Part shown: in pieces, positions 56,027 through 64,000 of the stretch | Layout: each line of letters starts with the position of its first letter | How positions within the stretch are numbered: the stretch's first letter is position 1 | NCBI GenBank assembly: GCA_045540815.1 | Contig: JAZQHY010000040.1 | Span: 8,539 to 72,538 of the forward strand | Length of the DNA: 64,000 bases | Reading direction: 5' to 3' | DNA from: Clostridia bacterium | GTDB taxonomy: Bacteria > Bacillota > Clostridia > UMGS1810 | Position numbers and translations under genes: made by a program | Notes under the pieces: model-generated | Databases searched by the model: none | Seen by the model: the letters and a program-made list of their open reading frames with translations, nothing else | What the model was told of the DNA's origin: nothing

Positions 56027-56650
56027 ATGGATTTCAAAAGCAAAATGTCAAATTTCTTTTATTATCATAAAGTTCATATAGCGGTATTTATATTTGCGAT
56101 TATTTGCGCAGGTTTAACATTTAGACAGTGCTCAAGTATAGAGCCTGCAGATATATCCATTGTATACGCGTGTTCGGAAACAGCAGGAAACGAAACTGCA
56201 GATTTTTTGGAAACGGCTATTGAGGGAACAGGAATTATTCCTGATATAGACCAAAACGGAGTTGTTACCGCATCAGTGTTTGCACTGTATACCCCCGACC
56301 ACGTTCAAGGCGGTCAGGACGTAAACGCGTACAACAAGATATTTATAGAGATGATAGAGGGCGAAAATTCACTTTTCCTTATTGATAAAAGATTTATCAT
56401 AGAAGAAACATACGGGGCACTTTTACCTATAGATGACATTGCTGACGGGATAAGTGAAGATAAGCTTTTAAAAAATACCGAAGGTCAGGTTATAGGTATA
56501 GATGTGTCTGGCTCGCGTCTTTTTAAAGATGCGAAAGTGCCGTCAAAAGGCTTGTATGTGGCATTGTCAAGCGTAGTTTTAAGTGATGCAAATTCACCTG
56601 AGTACAAATGCGCTTATGAGCTTGCAGAGTATATTGTAACTAATAAATAA
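56027..56650 (+). CDS. Hypothetical membrane-anchored protein (207 aa)
   Basis: A single N-terminal TM segment (IAVFIFAIICAGL) and then a soluble domain. No family recognised. Confidence 0.45.
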   Translation: MDFKSKMSNFFYYHKVHIAVFIFAIICAGLTFRQCSSIEPADISIVYACSETAGNETADFLETAIEGTGIIPDIDQNGVVTASVFALYTPDHVQGGQDVNAYNKIFIEMIEGENSLFLIDKRFIIEETYGALLPIDDIADGISEDKLLKNTEGQVIGIDVSGSRLFKDAKVPSKGLYVALSSVVLSDANSPEYKCAYELAEYIVTNK

Positions 56651-56678
56651 GATACCTTTTACATAAAGAGGTGGTTTT

Positions 56679-57428
56679 ATGGAAACAACAAAGGTAAATT
56701 TAAATATAGATGACCAGCTTTTTCGCAGGTATAAGAATGGTAATGACCTAAAAGCGAGAGATGAGATAATAGAAAATTATCTTTATCTTGCAAAAATCAT
56801 TACCAAAAGATATGTAGGAAAAGGCGTTGATTACGATGACCTTTATCAGGTTGCGTGCGTGGGACTAATCAACGCGGTTGAGAGATACGATGTTGATAAA
56901 GGTGTGCGTTTCAGCACCTTTGCTACACCGACTATCCTTGGTGAAATAAAGAGGTATTTTCGTGATAAAGGATGCCTTATAAAGCTTCCGCGAAAGATTT
57001 ATGAGATATTCCAAAAAGCAAACCGAATAAGCCTTGCTCGTATGCAGTATGACGGCCACGTGCCTACCACCGACGAGCTTGCCACAGCGCTTGGCGTGTC
57101 GGAAAAAGACATACTTGAATCAATGGCGTTTGAAGATATAGCAAGTATCCAGTCGCTTGAAAAGACTATGTATGAAGGAAGCGACGTAAACCTTGGTCAC
57201 CTAATCGGTGTAGAGGAAAACAATTTTCTTATCATAGAAAATCAGGATTTTTTGTGTGACAGTATGAGAAGACTTTCGAGCGAAGAGAAAAAGCTTGTGG
57301 TCGAAAGGTTTTATAAAGAACGCACTCAAAAACAGGTTGCGGAGGAGTGGGATGTTTCGCAGATGTATATCTCAAGGCTTGAAAGAAAGGTTCTTCACAA
57401 GATACGCAGTATGTATTTTGATGAATAA
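56679..57428 (+). CDS. Sigma-70 family RNA polymerase sigma factor, group 3 (SigB/F/G-like)
   Basis: Region 2 YDDLYQVACVGLINAVERYD..FSTFATPTILGEIKRYFRD. Region 4 QKQVAEEWDVSQMYISRLERKVL. Confidence 0.85.
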   Translation: METTKVNLNIDDQLFRRYKNGNDLKARDEIIENYLYLAKIITKRYVGKGVDYDDLYQVACVGLINAVERYDVDKGVRFSTFATPTILGEIKRYFRDKGCLIKLPRKIYEIFQKANRISLARMQYDGHVPTTDELATALGVSEKDILESMAFEDIASIQSLEKTMYEGSDVNLGHLIGVEENNFLIIENQDFLCDSMRRLSSEEKKLVVERFYKERTQKQVAEEWDVSQMYISRLERKVLHKIRSMYFDE

Positions 57429-57513
57429 ACATAGTATAGATAACTTTAATGATTTTACGGGTTGTAAGAAAAAATTATTGTGCAATAATATTTCGGATTT
57501 TTTAAAATAATGT

Positions 57514-57629
57514 TTGACATATTAAAACCGTTGTGATATAATACTACGGTAACCGCGTAAATGAGGTTTTTAAAATTCTTATAGAATACCTCTGATTTAG
57601 CGAGATTTGACAAAGGGAGGTGTACTTAA
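57514..57629 (+). promoter_or_regulatory. rplU promoter and structured 5' leader (possible L21 leader)
   Basis: TTGACA (57514-57519), 17 nt, TGaTATAAT (57534-57542). The leader contains a GAGGT...ACCTC hairpin. The L21-leader assignment rests on position only. Confidence 0.4.
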
Positions 57630-57938
57630 ATGTACGCAATTATTAAAACCGGCGGTAAGCAGTACAAAGTTTCAGAAGGCGATGTACTATTTATCGAAAA
57701 GTTAGCTGCAGCTGAAGGCGAAGCAGTTAAATTTGAAGAGGTTTTAGCTGTTGGTGGAGATAAAACTGTTATCGGTACTCCAGTAGTTGACGGAGCTTCT
57801 GTAGATGCTAAAGTTCTTGAGAACGGCAAAGCTAAGAAGATAATTGTTTTCAAATATAAACCTAAAAAAGGTTATAAGAAGAAACAGGGTCACAGACAGC
57901 CATACACTAAAATCCAGATTGAAAAAATCAATGCTTAA
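57630..57938 (+). CDS. rplU: 50S ribosomal protein L21
   Basis: [18 protein letters not shown]. Confidence 0.97.
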   Translation: MYAIIKTGGKQYKVSEGDVLFIEKLAAAEGEAVKFEEVLAVGGDKTVIGTPVVDGASVDAKVLENGKAKKIIVFKYKPKKGYKKKQGHRQPYTKIQIEKINA

Positions 57939-57940
57939 TT

Positions 57941-58270
57941 ATGGTTAAGGTTAGTTTTTTCAAGAAAGACGGATACATTGTCAAATTTGAAATGAAGGGC
58001 CACGCAGAGTTTTCGGAAGAAAATGATATTGTATGTGCAGCACTTTCGGCAGTAGCGTATTCCACTATAAACGGAATTGAGAATGTACTTAATATACCTT
58101 GTGGATATGAAACAGACGACGACGGATACTTATTTTTTGTACTGCCAGACGATTTAGGCGATGAATCTTTAAAAAAAGCGAGTATACTATTAGATACTAT
58201 GTATCTATTTATCTCAGATTTACACAAGCAGCATCCAGATAATGTTGCTATATTAGAACCGGAGGTGTAA
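57941..58270 (+). CDS. prp: Ribosomal-processing cysteine protease Prp
   Basis: GHAEF...DIVCAALS motif. Lies between rplU and rpmA. Confidence 0.88.
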   Translation: MVKVSFFKKDGYIVKFEMKGHAEFSEENDIVCAALSAVAYSTINGIENVLNIPCGYETDDDGYLFFVLPDDLGDESLKKASILLDTMYLFISDLHKQHPDNVAILEPEV

Positions 58271-58273
58271 CTA

Positions 58274-58558
58274 ATGCTTAAATTGAATTTACAGTTATTT
58301 GCTCATAAAAAAGGTGTCGGCAGCACTAAGAACGGCCGTGACAGTGAGTCAAAGCGTCTTGGTGTTAAGAGAGCAGACGGTCAGTTCGTTACTGCTGGTA
58401 ACATCCTAGTTAGACAGAGAGGAACTAAAATCCATCCTGGACTAAATGTTAAAAAAGGCAGCGACGATACTCTATTTGCTATCGTTGACGGAAAAGTTAA
58501 ATTCGAGAGAAAAGGCAAAGATAAGAAACAGGTTAGTGTTTACGAGATTGCCCAGTAA
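58274..58558 (+). CDS. rpmA: 50S ribosomal protein L27 with a cleavable N-terminal extension
   Basis: [24 protein letters not shown]. Confidence 0.97.
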   Translation: MLKLNLQLFAHKKGVGSTKNGRDSESKRLGVKRADGQFVTAGNILVRQRGTKIHPGLNVKKGSDDTLFAIVDGKVKFERKGKDKKQVSVYEIAQ

Positions 58559-58573
58559 TTTAATTTAACAAAG

Positions 58574-58610
58574 AGGCTGACTATTTAAGGTCAGCCTTTA
58601 TTTGTATTTT
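58574..58610 (+). terminator. rpmA terminator
   Basis: AGGCTGAC/GTCAGCCT stem followed by a T-rich run. Confidence 0.7.
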
Positions 58611-58644
58611 GATGTATATAATAATAATTTGTTAAACAGAATGT

Positions 58645-58704
58645 GTTGTAGGGAATGCATTTATGCATTCTGCGTTAGGAACGGATAAATCTGTTCCCTA
58701 CAGT
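58645..58704 (+). other. Compact three-stem structured element upstream of obg
   Basis: Outer stem TGTAGG(GAA)/(TTC)CCTACA. Inner stems GAATGCA-TTTA-TGCATTC and GGAACGG-ATAAAT-CTGTTCC. The outer and inner stems compete for the same bases. Confidence 0.45.
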
Positions 58705-58744
58705 ATATTTATTGATTTAAACGACTTGAAAGGAGCGATTTATT

Positions 58745-60022
58745 GTGCTTGCGGATACAGCGGTTATCACACTTGAGGCAGGTAACGGCGGAAACGGACT
58801 TGTGTCATTTCACAGAGAAAAATATGTTGCGGCGGGCGGACCTGACGGCGGTGACGGCGGCAAGGGCGGAGATATAGTTTTTGTTGTCGACCCTAAAATA
58901 AGTACACTTGCGGACTTTAGGTACCGCAGACATTATAAAGCGCAAAACGGCGGTGACGGTCAGGCGGCAAAGGGCTTTGGGAAAAAAGGTGAGGACCTTG
59001 AAGTATTTGTTCCTGTAGGAACTGTTATTAAAGATGCGAACAGCGGCAAGGTAATTGCAGATATGAAAACACCTGATATGCGCGTGGTTGTGTGTAAGGG
59101 CGGAAATGGCGGTTGGGGAAATACCCATTTTGCCACACCTACAAGACAAACTCCAAAGTTTGCAAAGCGCGGAATACCTGGTGAATCAAGGGACGTTACC
59201 CTTGAACTTAAGCTTTTAGCAGACGTAGGACTGGTAGGTTTTCCAAACGTTGGTAAATCTACACTTTTATCGGTAGTAAGCGATGCTAAACCAAAGATTG
59301 CAAACTATCACTTTACCACACTTGAGCCAAATCTTGGCGTGGTTGATTTGGGAATAGGAAACAGCTTTGTTATAGCTGATATTCCAGGTATTATCGAAGG
59401 TGCGAGTGAGGGTATAGGACTTGGTCACGAGTTTTTGCGTCACGTAGAGCGCACCCGACTTCTTATCCACGTGGTTGACGCATCAGGTATAGAGGGCAGA
59501 AATCCTATCGAGGATTTTGACAAAATCAATCTTGAAATAGAGCAGTACAATCCAAAGCTTGCCGAGAAAAAGCAGATTGTGGCTGCAAATAAAAAAGACG
59601 TTGTGTATGATGAGGCTATTTATAACGGCTTTTGCGAGGAAATGAGAAACCGTGGATATGAGGTTTTTGAAATTTCGGCTGCTACCAATATGGGCGTAAG
59701 AGAGCTTATGATGTATGTGTCAAGCATACTTGACGAAATTCCAATGCCTGTATTGTATGACGAGACAGATATGGAAACAGAGGTTATTAAATTTGAAGAG
59801 GACGAGCCGTTCACAGTTGAAGTTGTAGATGGTGTGTATGTTGTAGAAGGTCCTTGGGTGCTTAGCGTACTTGGCTCAACAAACCTTGAAGATTCAGAGT
59901 CTGTTCAGTTCTTCCAACGTTCTATGAAGAAAAAAGGAGTAATAGCCGAGCTTGAAAAGCACGGAATAAACGAGGGCGATTTAGTCAGAATGTACGACGT
60001 TGAATTCGAATATATGAAATAA
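58745..60022 (+). CDS. obg: GTPase Obg
   Basis: Gly-rich Obg fold (GNGGNG, GGDGGKGGD), G1 motif GFPNVGKST, OCT-like C-terminus. GTG start after AAGGAG. Confidence 0.93.
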   Translation: MLADTAVITLEAGNGGNGLVSFHREKYVAAGGPDGGDGGKGGDIVFVVDPKISTLADFRYRRHYKAQNGGDGQAAKGFGKKGEDLEVFVPVGTVIKDANSGKVIADMKTPDMRVVVCKGGNGGWGNTHFATPTRQTPKFAKRGIPGESRDVTLELKLLADVGLVGFPNVGKSTLLSVVSDAKPKIANYHFTTLEPNLGVVDLGIGNSFVIADIPGIIEGASEGIGLGHEFLRHVERTRLLIHVVDASGIEGRNPIEDFDKINLEIEQYNPKLAEKKQIVAANKKDVVYDEAIYNGFCEEMRNRGYEVFEISAATNMGVRELMMYVSSILDEIPMPVLYDETDMETEVIKFEEDEPFTVEVVDGVYVVEGPWVLSVLGSTNLEDSESVQFFQRSMKKKGVIAELEKHGINEGDLVRMYDVEFEYMK

Positions 60023-60052
60023 ATATTAATAATTTTTACAAGTATTATACAA

Positions 60053-60087
60053 AAAAGCCGAAACGATTGACGTATGTGTTTCGGCTT
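60053..60087 (+). terminator. Stem-loop after obg, overlapping the yhbY promoter
   Basis: AAAGCCGAAAC/GTTTCGGCTTT stem. TTGACG..TATAAT is embedded in it. Confidence 0.5.
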
Positions 60088-60130
60088 TAGTATAATAAAT
60101 ATATGATTTTACGTGAGAAAGGAGCATTTT

Positions 60131-60439
60131 ATGCTTACTTCAAAACAGAGAGCTTTTTTAAGAAGCCTTGCAAATACCGAGCCTGCCATATTCCAGATAG
60201 GAAAAGGCGGTATAAATGAAAATTTTATAAAACAGCTTGTAGACGCGCTTGAAAAAAGAGAAATAGTAAAAGTGCACGTGCTTGAAAACTCACTACTTGA
60301 CACACGTGAGGTGTGCGAGGAAGTGGCAGAGCTTGCAAAAGCCGAGCCTGTACAGGTAATCGGTAAGAAATTTGTCGTGTACAGACAGTCGCGCGAAAAC
60401 AGAAAGATAGATTTAAAAAGACTTACAGTATTAGACTAA
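60131..60439 (+). CDS. yhbY: Ribosome assembly RNA-binding protein YhbY (CRM domain)
   Basis: LTSKQRAFLRSLANTEPAIFQIGKGGI. The ATG at 60131 follows AAAGGAG. Confidence 0.88.
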   Translation: MLTSKQRAFLRSLANTEPAIFQIGKGGINENFIKQLVDALEKREIVKVHVLENSLLDTREVCEEVAELAKAEPVQVIGKKFVVYRQSRENRKIDLKRLTVLD

Positions 60440-60451
60440 GTGGTGATAAAT

Positions 60452-61048
60452 ATGCCTAAAAAAGTCGCAATAATGGGCGGAACATTTAATCCTATTCATA
60501 ACGGACATATCAAAATGGCAAAATACGTCACAGAGCATAATATATGCGACGAGGTGTGGTTTATGCCAAACGGCAATCCGCCACACAAAAAAGATGAAAC
60601 AATAGCGGATAAAACACATCGAGCAAATATGGTAAAGCTTGCTATAGAGGACTTTGATAAATTTCACTTTTGCGATATTGAGGTTAAAAGAGAAGGTTAT
60701 TCATACCTTGTCGATACCTTAAAAGAGCTTTGTGAAAGCTACAATTACGATTTTTACTTTATGCTTGGCGCCGATTCGCTTGCGCAGATAGAAAAATGGT
60801 ACAACTTTGAAGATTATGCGAAACACTGCAAATTTTTAGCGTTTGGCAGAAGTAAATCCGGCGATATAAAAAAGATTTCAAAATACCTTTCGGACAAATA
60901 TTCGTTTGACATAATCTGCGTGGACATGCCATATGTGGATATTGCTTCCACAGATATACGGAAAAACCTTAAATCAGGTCATTTGGCAGTTGATTTTTTA
61001 CCTGAGAAGGTATATAATTATATATTAGACAATGAGCTTTATATTTGA
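60452..61048 (+). CDS. nadD: Nicotinate-nucleotide adenylyltransferase
   Basis: VAIMGGTFNPIHNGH. Alternative GTG start at 60440. Confidence 0.9.
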   Translation: MPKKVAIMGGTFNPIHNGHIKMAKYVTEHNICDEVWFMPNGNPPHKKDETIADKTHRANMVKLAIEDFDKFHFCDIEVKREGYSYLVDTLKELCESYNYDFYFMLGADSLAQIEKWYNFEDYAKHCKFLAFGRSKSGDIKKISKYLSDKYSFDIICVDMPYVDIASTDIRKNLKSGHLAVDFLPEKVYNYILDNELYI

Positions 61049-61061
61049 GGTGAAACTTAAA

Positions 61062-61628
61062 TTGACTATAGAAAATATAATTGAAAATCTTAAGTGTACA
61101 CTTGAGGAAGAGCGCTTTGAACATTCCATAGGCGTTATGGAGATGGCAGTAAAGCTAGCGAAAATTCACGGCGCAGACGAGAAGAAGGCAGAGCTTGCGG
61201 GATTACTTCACGACTGTGCAAAAAACATTCCGTATGATGATATGTACAAAATGTGTAAGGATTACGGCATAGAGCTTGATGAGATTACTATGAAACAGCC
61301 TGGGCTTGTGCACGCATTTTTAGGTGCATATATAGCAAAGCGCGACTACGGCATAGACGATGAAATATACGATGCTATTTACTATCACACGGTAGGGAAG
61401 CCGGATATGAGCCTTCTTACCAAGATAATATACATATCCGACAGCATAGAAAAAAACAGACATTATGATGGAGTGGAGGAGCTTCGCGCCCTTGCGTATG
61501 AAGACTTAGACCGTGCACTTGTTATGCAGATAGACAATACTGTCCGCTCAGTGCTAAAAAAACGCACACTTCTTCATACAAATACCATTGACACCAGAAA
61601 TTATTATCTGGAAAAAACCGAAATGTAA
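61062..61628 (+). CDS. yqeK: HD-domain bis(5'-nucleosyl)-tetraphosphatase YqeK
   Basis: RFEHSIGV..LLHDCAK HD motif. TTG at 61062 follows GAGGTGA. Lies downstream of nadD. Confidence 0.85.
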   Translation: MTIENIIENLKCTLEEERFEHSIGVMEMAVKLAKIHGADEKKAELAGLLHDCAKNIPYDDMYKMCKDYGIELDEITMKQPGLVHAFLGAYIAKRDYGIDDEIYDAIYYHTVGKPDMSLLTKIIYISDSIEKNRHYDGVEELRALAYEDLDRALVMQIDNTVRSVLKKRTLLHTNTIDTRNYYLEKTEM

Positions 61629-61642
61629 ACGGGTGACTATAA

Positions 61643-62896
61643 ATGAAAACTTTTTCGACATTTTTAAAGTTAACAGTATGTTTTACGCTTATACTATCCA
61701 TACTTGTAGGCGGAGTATGGTTTATTTTCCATACGGCAAATAAAGAAATTATAATGGACGAAAACAATGACGGCGTAGAGGATTCGTACGTAAATGCGCT
61801 TCTTCTCGGCGTTGATAAAGACGGTACCAGAACGGACGTTATCATATTTGCTCAGCTCGACTTAATAGACGGCACAGTAAATATGCTTCAGATACCTCGT
61901 GATACATATGTTGAAATAAATAAGGTTGACAAGAAAATAAACTCAGCATATGGTTATAATAAAGAAGAAGAGTTGTTTAAAGAGGTTGAGTATCTTCTCG
62001 GCGTTGAGGTAAGTAAGTATATTTTGGTAAACACCAAAGGTTTTCGTGATATCATAGACGCTATTGGCGGAGTGGACTTCGATGTTCCTATAAATATGAA
62101 TTACGACGACCCCGTTCAGGATTTCCATATCCACCTTAAAAAAGGTCAGCAGTTGCTTGACGGCACAAAAGCGGAAATGCTTGTTCGTTTCAGACAGAAT
62201 AACGACATGACAGGCTATCCTATGGGAGATATAGATAGAATAGCTGTGCAGAAGGAATTTATGAATGCCGCTATAGACAAGATATTCTCTATGCGTTCAA
62301 TATTTAAAATACCTAAGTTTGTGTCAATAGCACAGGATAATGTGTCTACAAACTTCTCGGCTACGCAGATAGCGCAGTACGCACCAAAGGTATTAAAGCT
62401 TGAACAAGGAGGTATACAGATTCATCAGCTTCCTGGTGGAACTCGTGACGGCTCGCCATATTATTTCATAGATAAAACACTTACAAAAGAGCTTATTGAC
62501 ACGCATTTCACCCCATCAACCGATTCTGTAAATTCAGCAGAGCTTAATAAACGTGACGAAAACCTTGAAATTGACGAGGAAGATATAAAAGAGGCAAACC
62601 CTAGCTTTGTACCCGAAAAGAAATGGTCGAACCGTTTTACCACAGTTACACTTATAGATGGCACAAACGGGGAAGCGGATATTGATAAATACGTAGATAT
62701 CCTTACCGAATATGGGTACAGGATAGGTACTGTGTCCGATACAGGCGGAGTGGTGTATCCGTACTCAATTGTGTTTGCACATAAGAATAACAAAAAAGGT
62801 GATATCATATGTAACCTGTTTGATATAGAGCAGTTCACGGTTGATAAAAATAACAGCCCGAACGCTGACGTCACCATAATAATTGGTAAAGAATAA
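61643..62896 (+). CDS. LytR-CpsA-Psr (LCP) family protein with a LytR_C-like C-terminal domain
   Basis: N-terminal TM segment, LLLGVDKDGTRTDVIIFAQLD, LQIPRDTYV, KINSAY. Confidence 0.85.
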   Translation: MKTFSTFLKLTVCFTLILSILVGGVWFIFHTANKEIIMDENNDGVEDSYVNALLLGVDKDGTRTDVIIFAQLDLIDGTVNMLQIPRDTYVEINKVDKKINSAYGYNKEEELFKEVEYLLGVEVSKYILVNTKGFRDIIDAIGGVDFDVPINMNYDDPVQDFHIHLKKGQQLLDGTKAEMLVRFRQNNDMTGYPMGDIDRIAVQKEFMNAAIDKIFSMRSIFKIPKFVSIAQDNVSTNFSATQIAQYAPKVLKLEQGGIQIHQLPGGTRDGSPYYFIDKTLTKELIDTHFTPSTDSVNSAELNKRDENLEIDEEDIKEANPSFVPEKKWSNRFTTVTLIDGTNGEADIDKYVDILTEYGYRIGTVSDTGGVVYPYSIVFAHKNNKKGDIICNLFDIEQFTVDKNNSPNADVTIIIGKE

Positions 62897-62907
62897 AGGA
62901 GTAATAT

Positions 62908-63264
62908 ATGGATTCTTTAAAAACTGCCCAGAGTATCGTTAAGATACTGGACGACAAAAAAGCAATAAATATAAAGGTGTTAGACATTCGTGAGCTTACA
63001 ACTATGGCAGATTATTTCATCGTGTGCTCGGGTAATTCCACTACACAGATAAAGGCAATATCAGACGAGGTAAACGAGGAAATGTCAAAAGAGGGTATAA
63101 AGCCTATCGGACGTGAAGGATTTGCCACAGCAAGCTGGGTGCTTATCGACTACGGCGATGTGATAGTCCACGTGTTTAACCACGAATCTAGAGATTTTTA
63201 CTCTATTGAGCATTTGTGGGCAGATGCCAAAGAGGTTGATATATCAGATATTATAGAGGAATAA
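62908..63264 (+). CDS. rsfS: Ribosome silencing factor RsfS
   Basis: [32 protein letters not shown]. Confidence 0.92.
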   Translation: MDSLKTAQSIVKILDDKKAINIKVLDIRELTTMADYFIVCSGNSTTQIKAISDEVNEEMSKEGIKPIGREGFATASWVLIDYGDVIVHVFNHESRDFYSIEHLWADAKEVDISDIIEE

Positions 63265-63278
63265 GGAGTGCGGACAAA

Positions 63279-64000
63279 ATGAATTATAACTTTGCAGAAA
63301 TAGAGAAAAAATGGCAGAAAAAATGGGAAGAAACAGGTGCGTTTAAGGTAGAAAAAAGCGATAAGCCAAAATACTATGCCCTTGAAATGTTCCCATATCC
63401 TTCAGGAAATCTTCATATGGGTCACGTTAGAAACTATTCTATAGGTGACGTAGTGGCAAGATTTAAAAAGATGAACGGATTTAATGTGCTTCATCCTATG
63501 GGATGGGACTCGTTTGGTCTTCCTGCGGAAAACGCGGCTATTAAGCACGGTATCCACCCGCACGGCTGGACAGATTCAAACATTGCAAATATGAGAGAAC
63601 AGCTTAAATCTCTTGGCTTTAGCTATGACTGGGACAGAGAAGTTGCTACATGTAAAGAGGACTATTATAAATGGACGCAATGGCTATTTTTACAGTTCTA
63701 TAAAAACGGACTTGCGTACAAGAAAAAATCATTTGTAAACTGGTGTCCGTCTTGTAACACAGTTCTTGCAAACGAGCAGGTTGTAAACGGCTGTTGCGAA
63801 AGATGTAAAACAGAAGTTGGTAAGAAGGATTTGGAACAGTGGTTCTTTAAAATCACAGATTATGCCGACAGACTACTTGCCGATATAGATAAATTAAAGG
63901 GCTGGCCTGATAAGGTTAAAGCTATGCAGTCAAACTGGATAGGCAAGAGCGAAGGTGCCGAGGTTAATTTTAAAATTGACGGCACAGACAAGACTCTTAC
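63279..64000 (+). CDS. leuS: Leucyl-tRNA synthetase, N-terminal part (continues beyond the window)
   Basis: [43 protein letters not shown]. The frame stays open to the window end. Absent from the ORF track. Confidence 0.93.
   Translation, partial: MNYNFAEIEKKWQKKWEETGAFKVEKSDKPKYYALEMFPYPSGNLHMGHVRNYSIGDVVARFKKMNGFNVLHPMGWDSFGLPAENAAIKHGIHPHGWTDSNIANMREQLKSLGFSYDWDREVATCKEDYYKWTQWLFLQFYKNGLAYKKKSFVNWCPSCNTVLANEQVVNGCCERCKTEVGKKDLEQWFFKITDYADRLLADIDKLKGWPDKVKAMQSNWIGKSEGAEVNFKIDGTDKTL

Noticed and set aside
1-64000. CRISPR arrays, IS elements, transposases, integrases, prophage genes and known defence systems.
   Set aside because: No direct-repeat/spacer periodicity was seen, and no ORF translation has transposase, integrase, recombinase, restriction-modification or other defence-system hallmarks.

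Overview
This is a chromosomal segment from a low-GC, endospore-forming Firmicute (Clostridia-like). It is densely coding and mostly on the + strand.

Gene content in order:
- mutS2 3' end, then a THF riboswitch with a folT-like gene.
- The origin-proximal block rpmH-rnpA-yidD-yidC-jag-mnmE-mnmG-rsmG-noc. No dnaA or oriC is visible.
- An ArsR regulator and tmRNA.
- An 11-12 gene redox operon: LDH/MDH-like dehydrogenase, fumC, hdrBCA, mvhD, three Flx-like genes, an anchorless frdBA-like pair and an AAE transporter.
- feoAB plus a small Cys-rich gene missing from the ORF track.
- bofA/yaaL, a PucR regulator, ftsEX, an M23 peptidase and an S41 peptidase.
- spoIVB, a CE4 deacetylase, soj-spo0J with parS-like sites, and serS.
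- aroF-tyrA behind a Tyr/Phe-rich leader-peptide attenuator.
- An AT-rich accessory block at 40.3-47.1 kb: PqqD-like protein, SipW-like peptidase, ABC exporter, secreted protein, a 67-aa Ser/Thr-rich peptide, an HprK-like kinase and an SLH protein.
- uppP, dusB, dpaAB, spoIVA, recR, greA, lysS and an orphan sigma factor.
- rplU-prp-rpmA, obg, yhbY-nadD-yqeK, an LCP protein, rsfS and the leuS 5' end.

The most interesting candidates are:
1. The Hdr/Flx-Frd operon, as a possible soluble, quinone-independent and perhaps electron-bifurcating fumarate reductase pathway to succinate.
2. The PqqD/peptidase/ABC/kinase block with a small unanchored peptide, as a possible modified-peptide system.
3. The aromatic leader-peptide attenuator.
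4. Several unexplained structured intergenic elements.

No CRISPR array, transposase or integrase was seen. All calls come from reading the sequence and ORF translations by eye. No database search was run.
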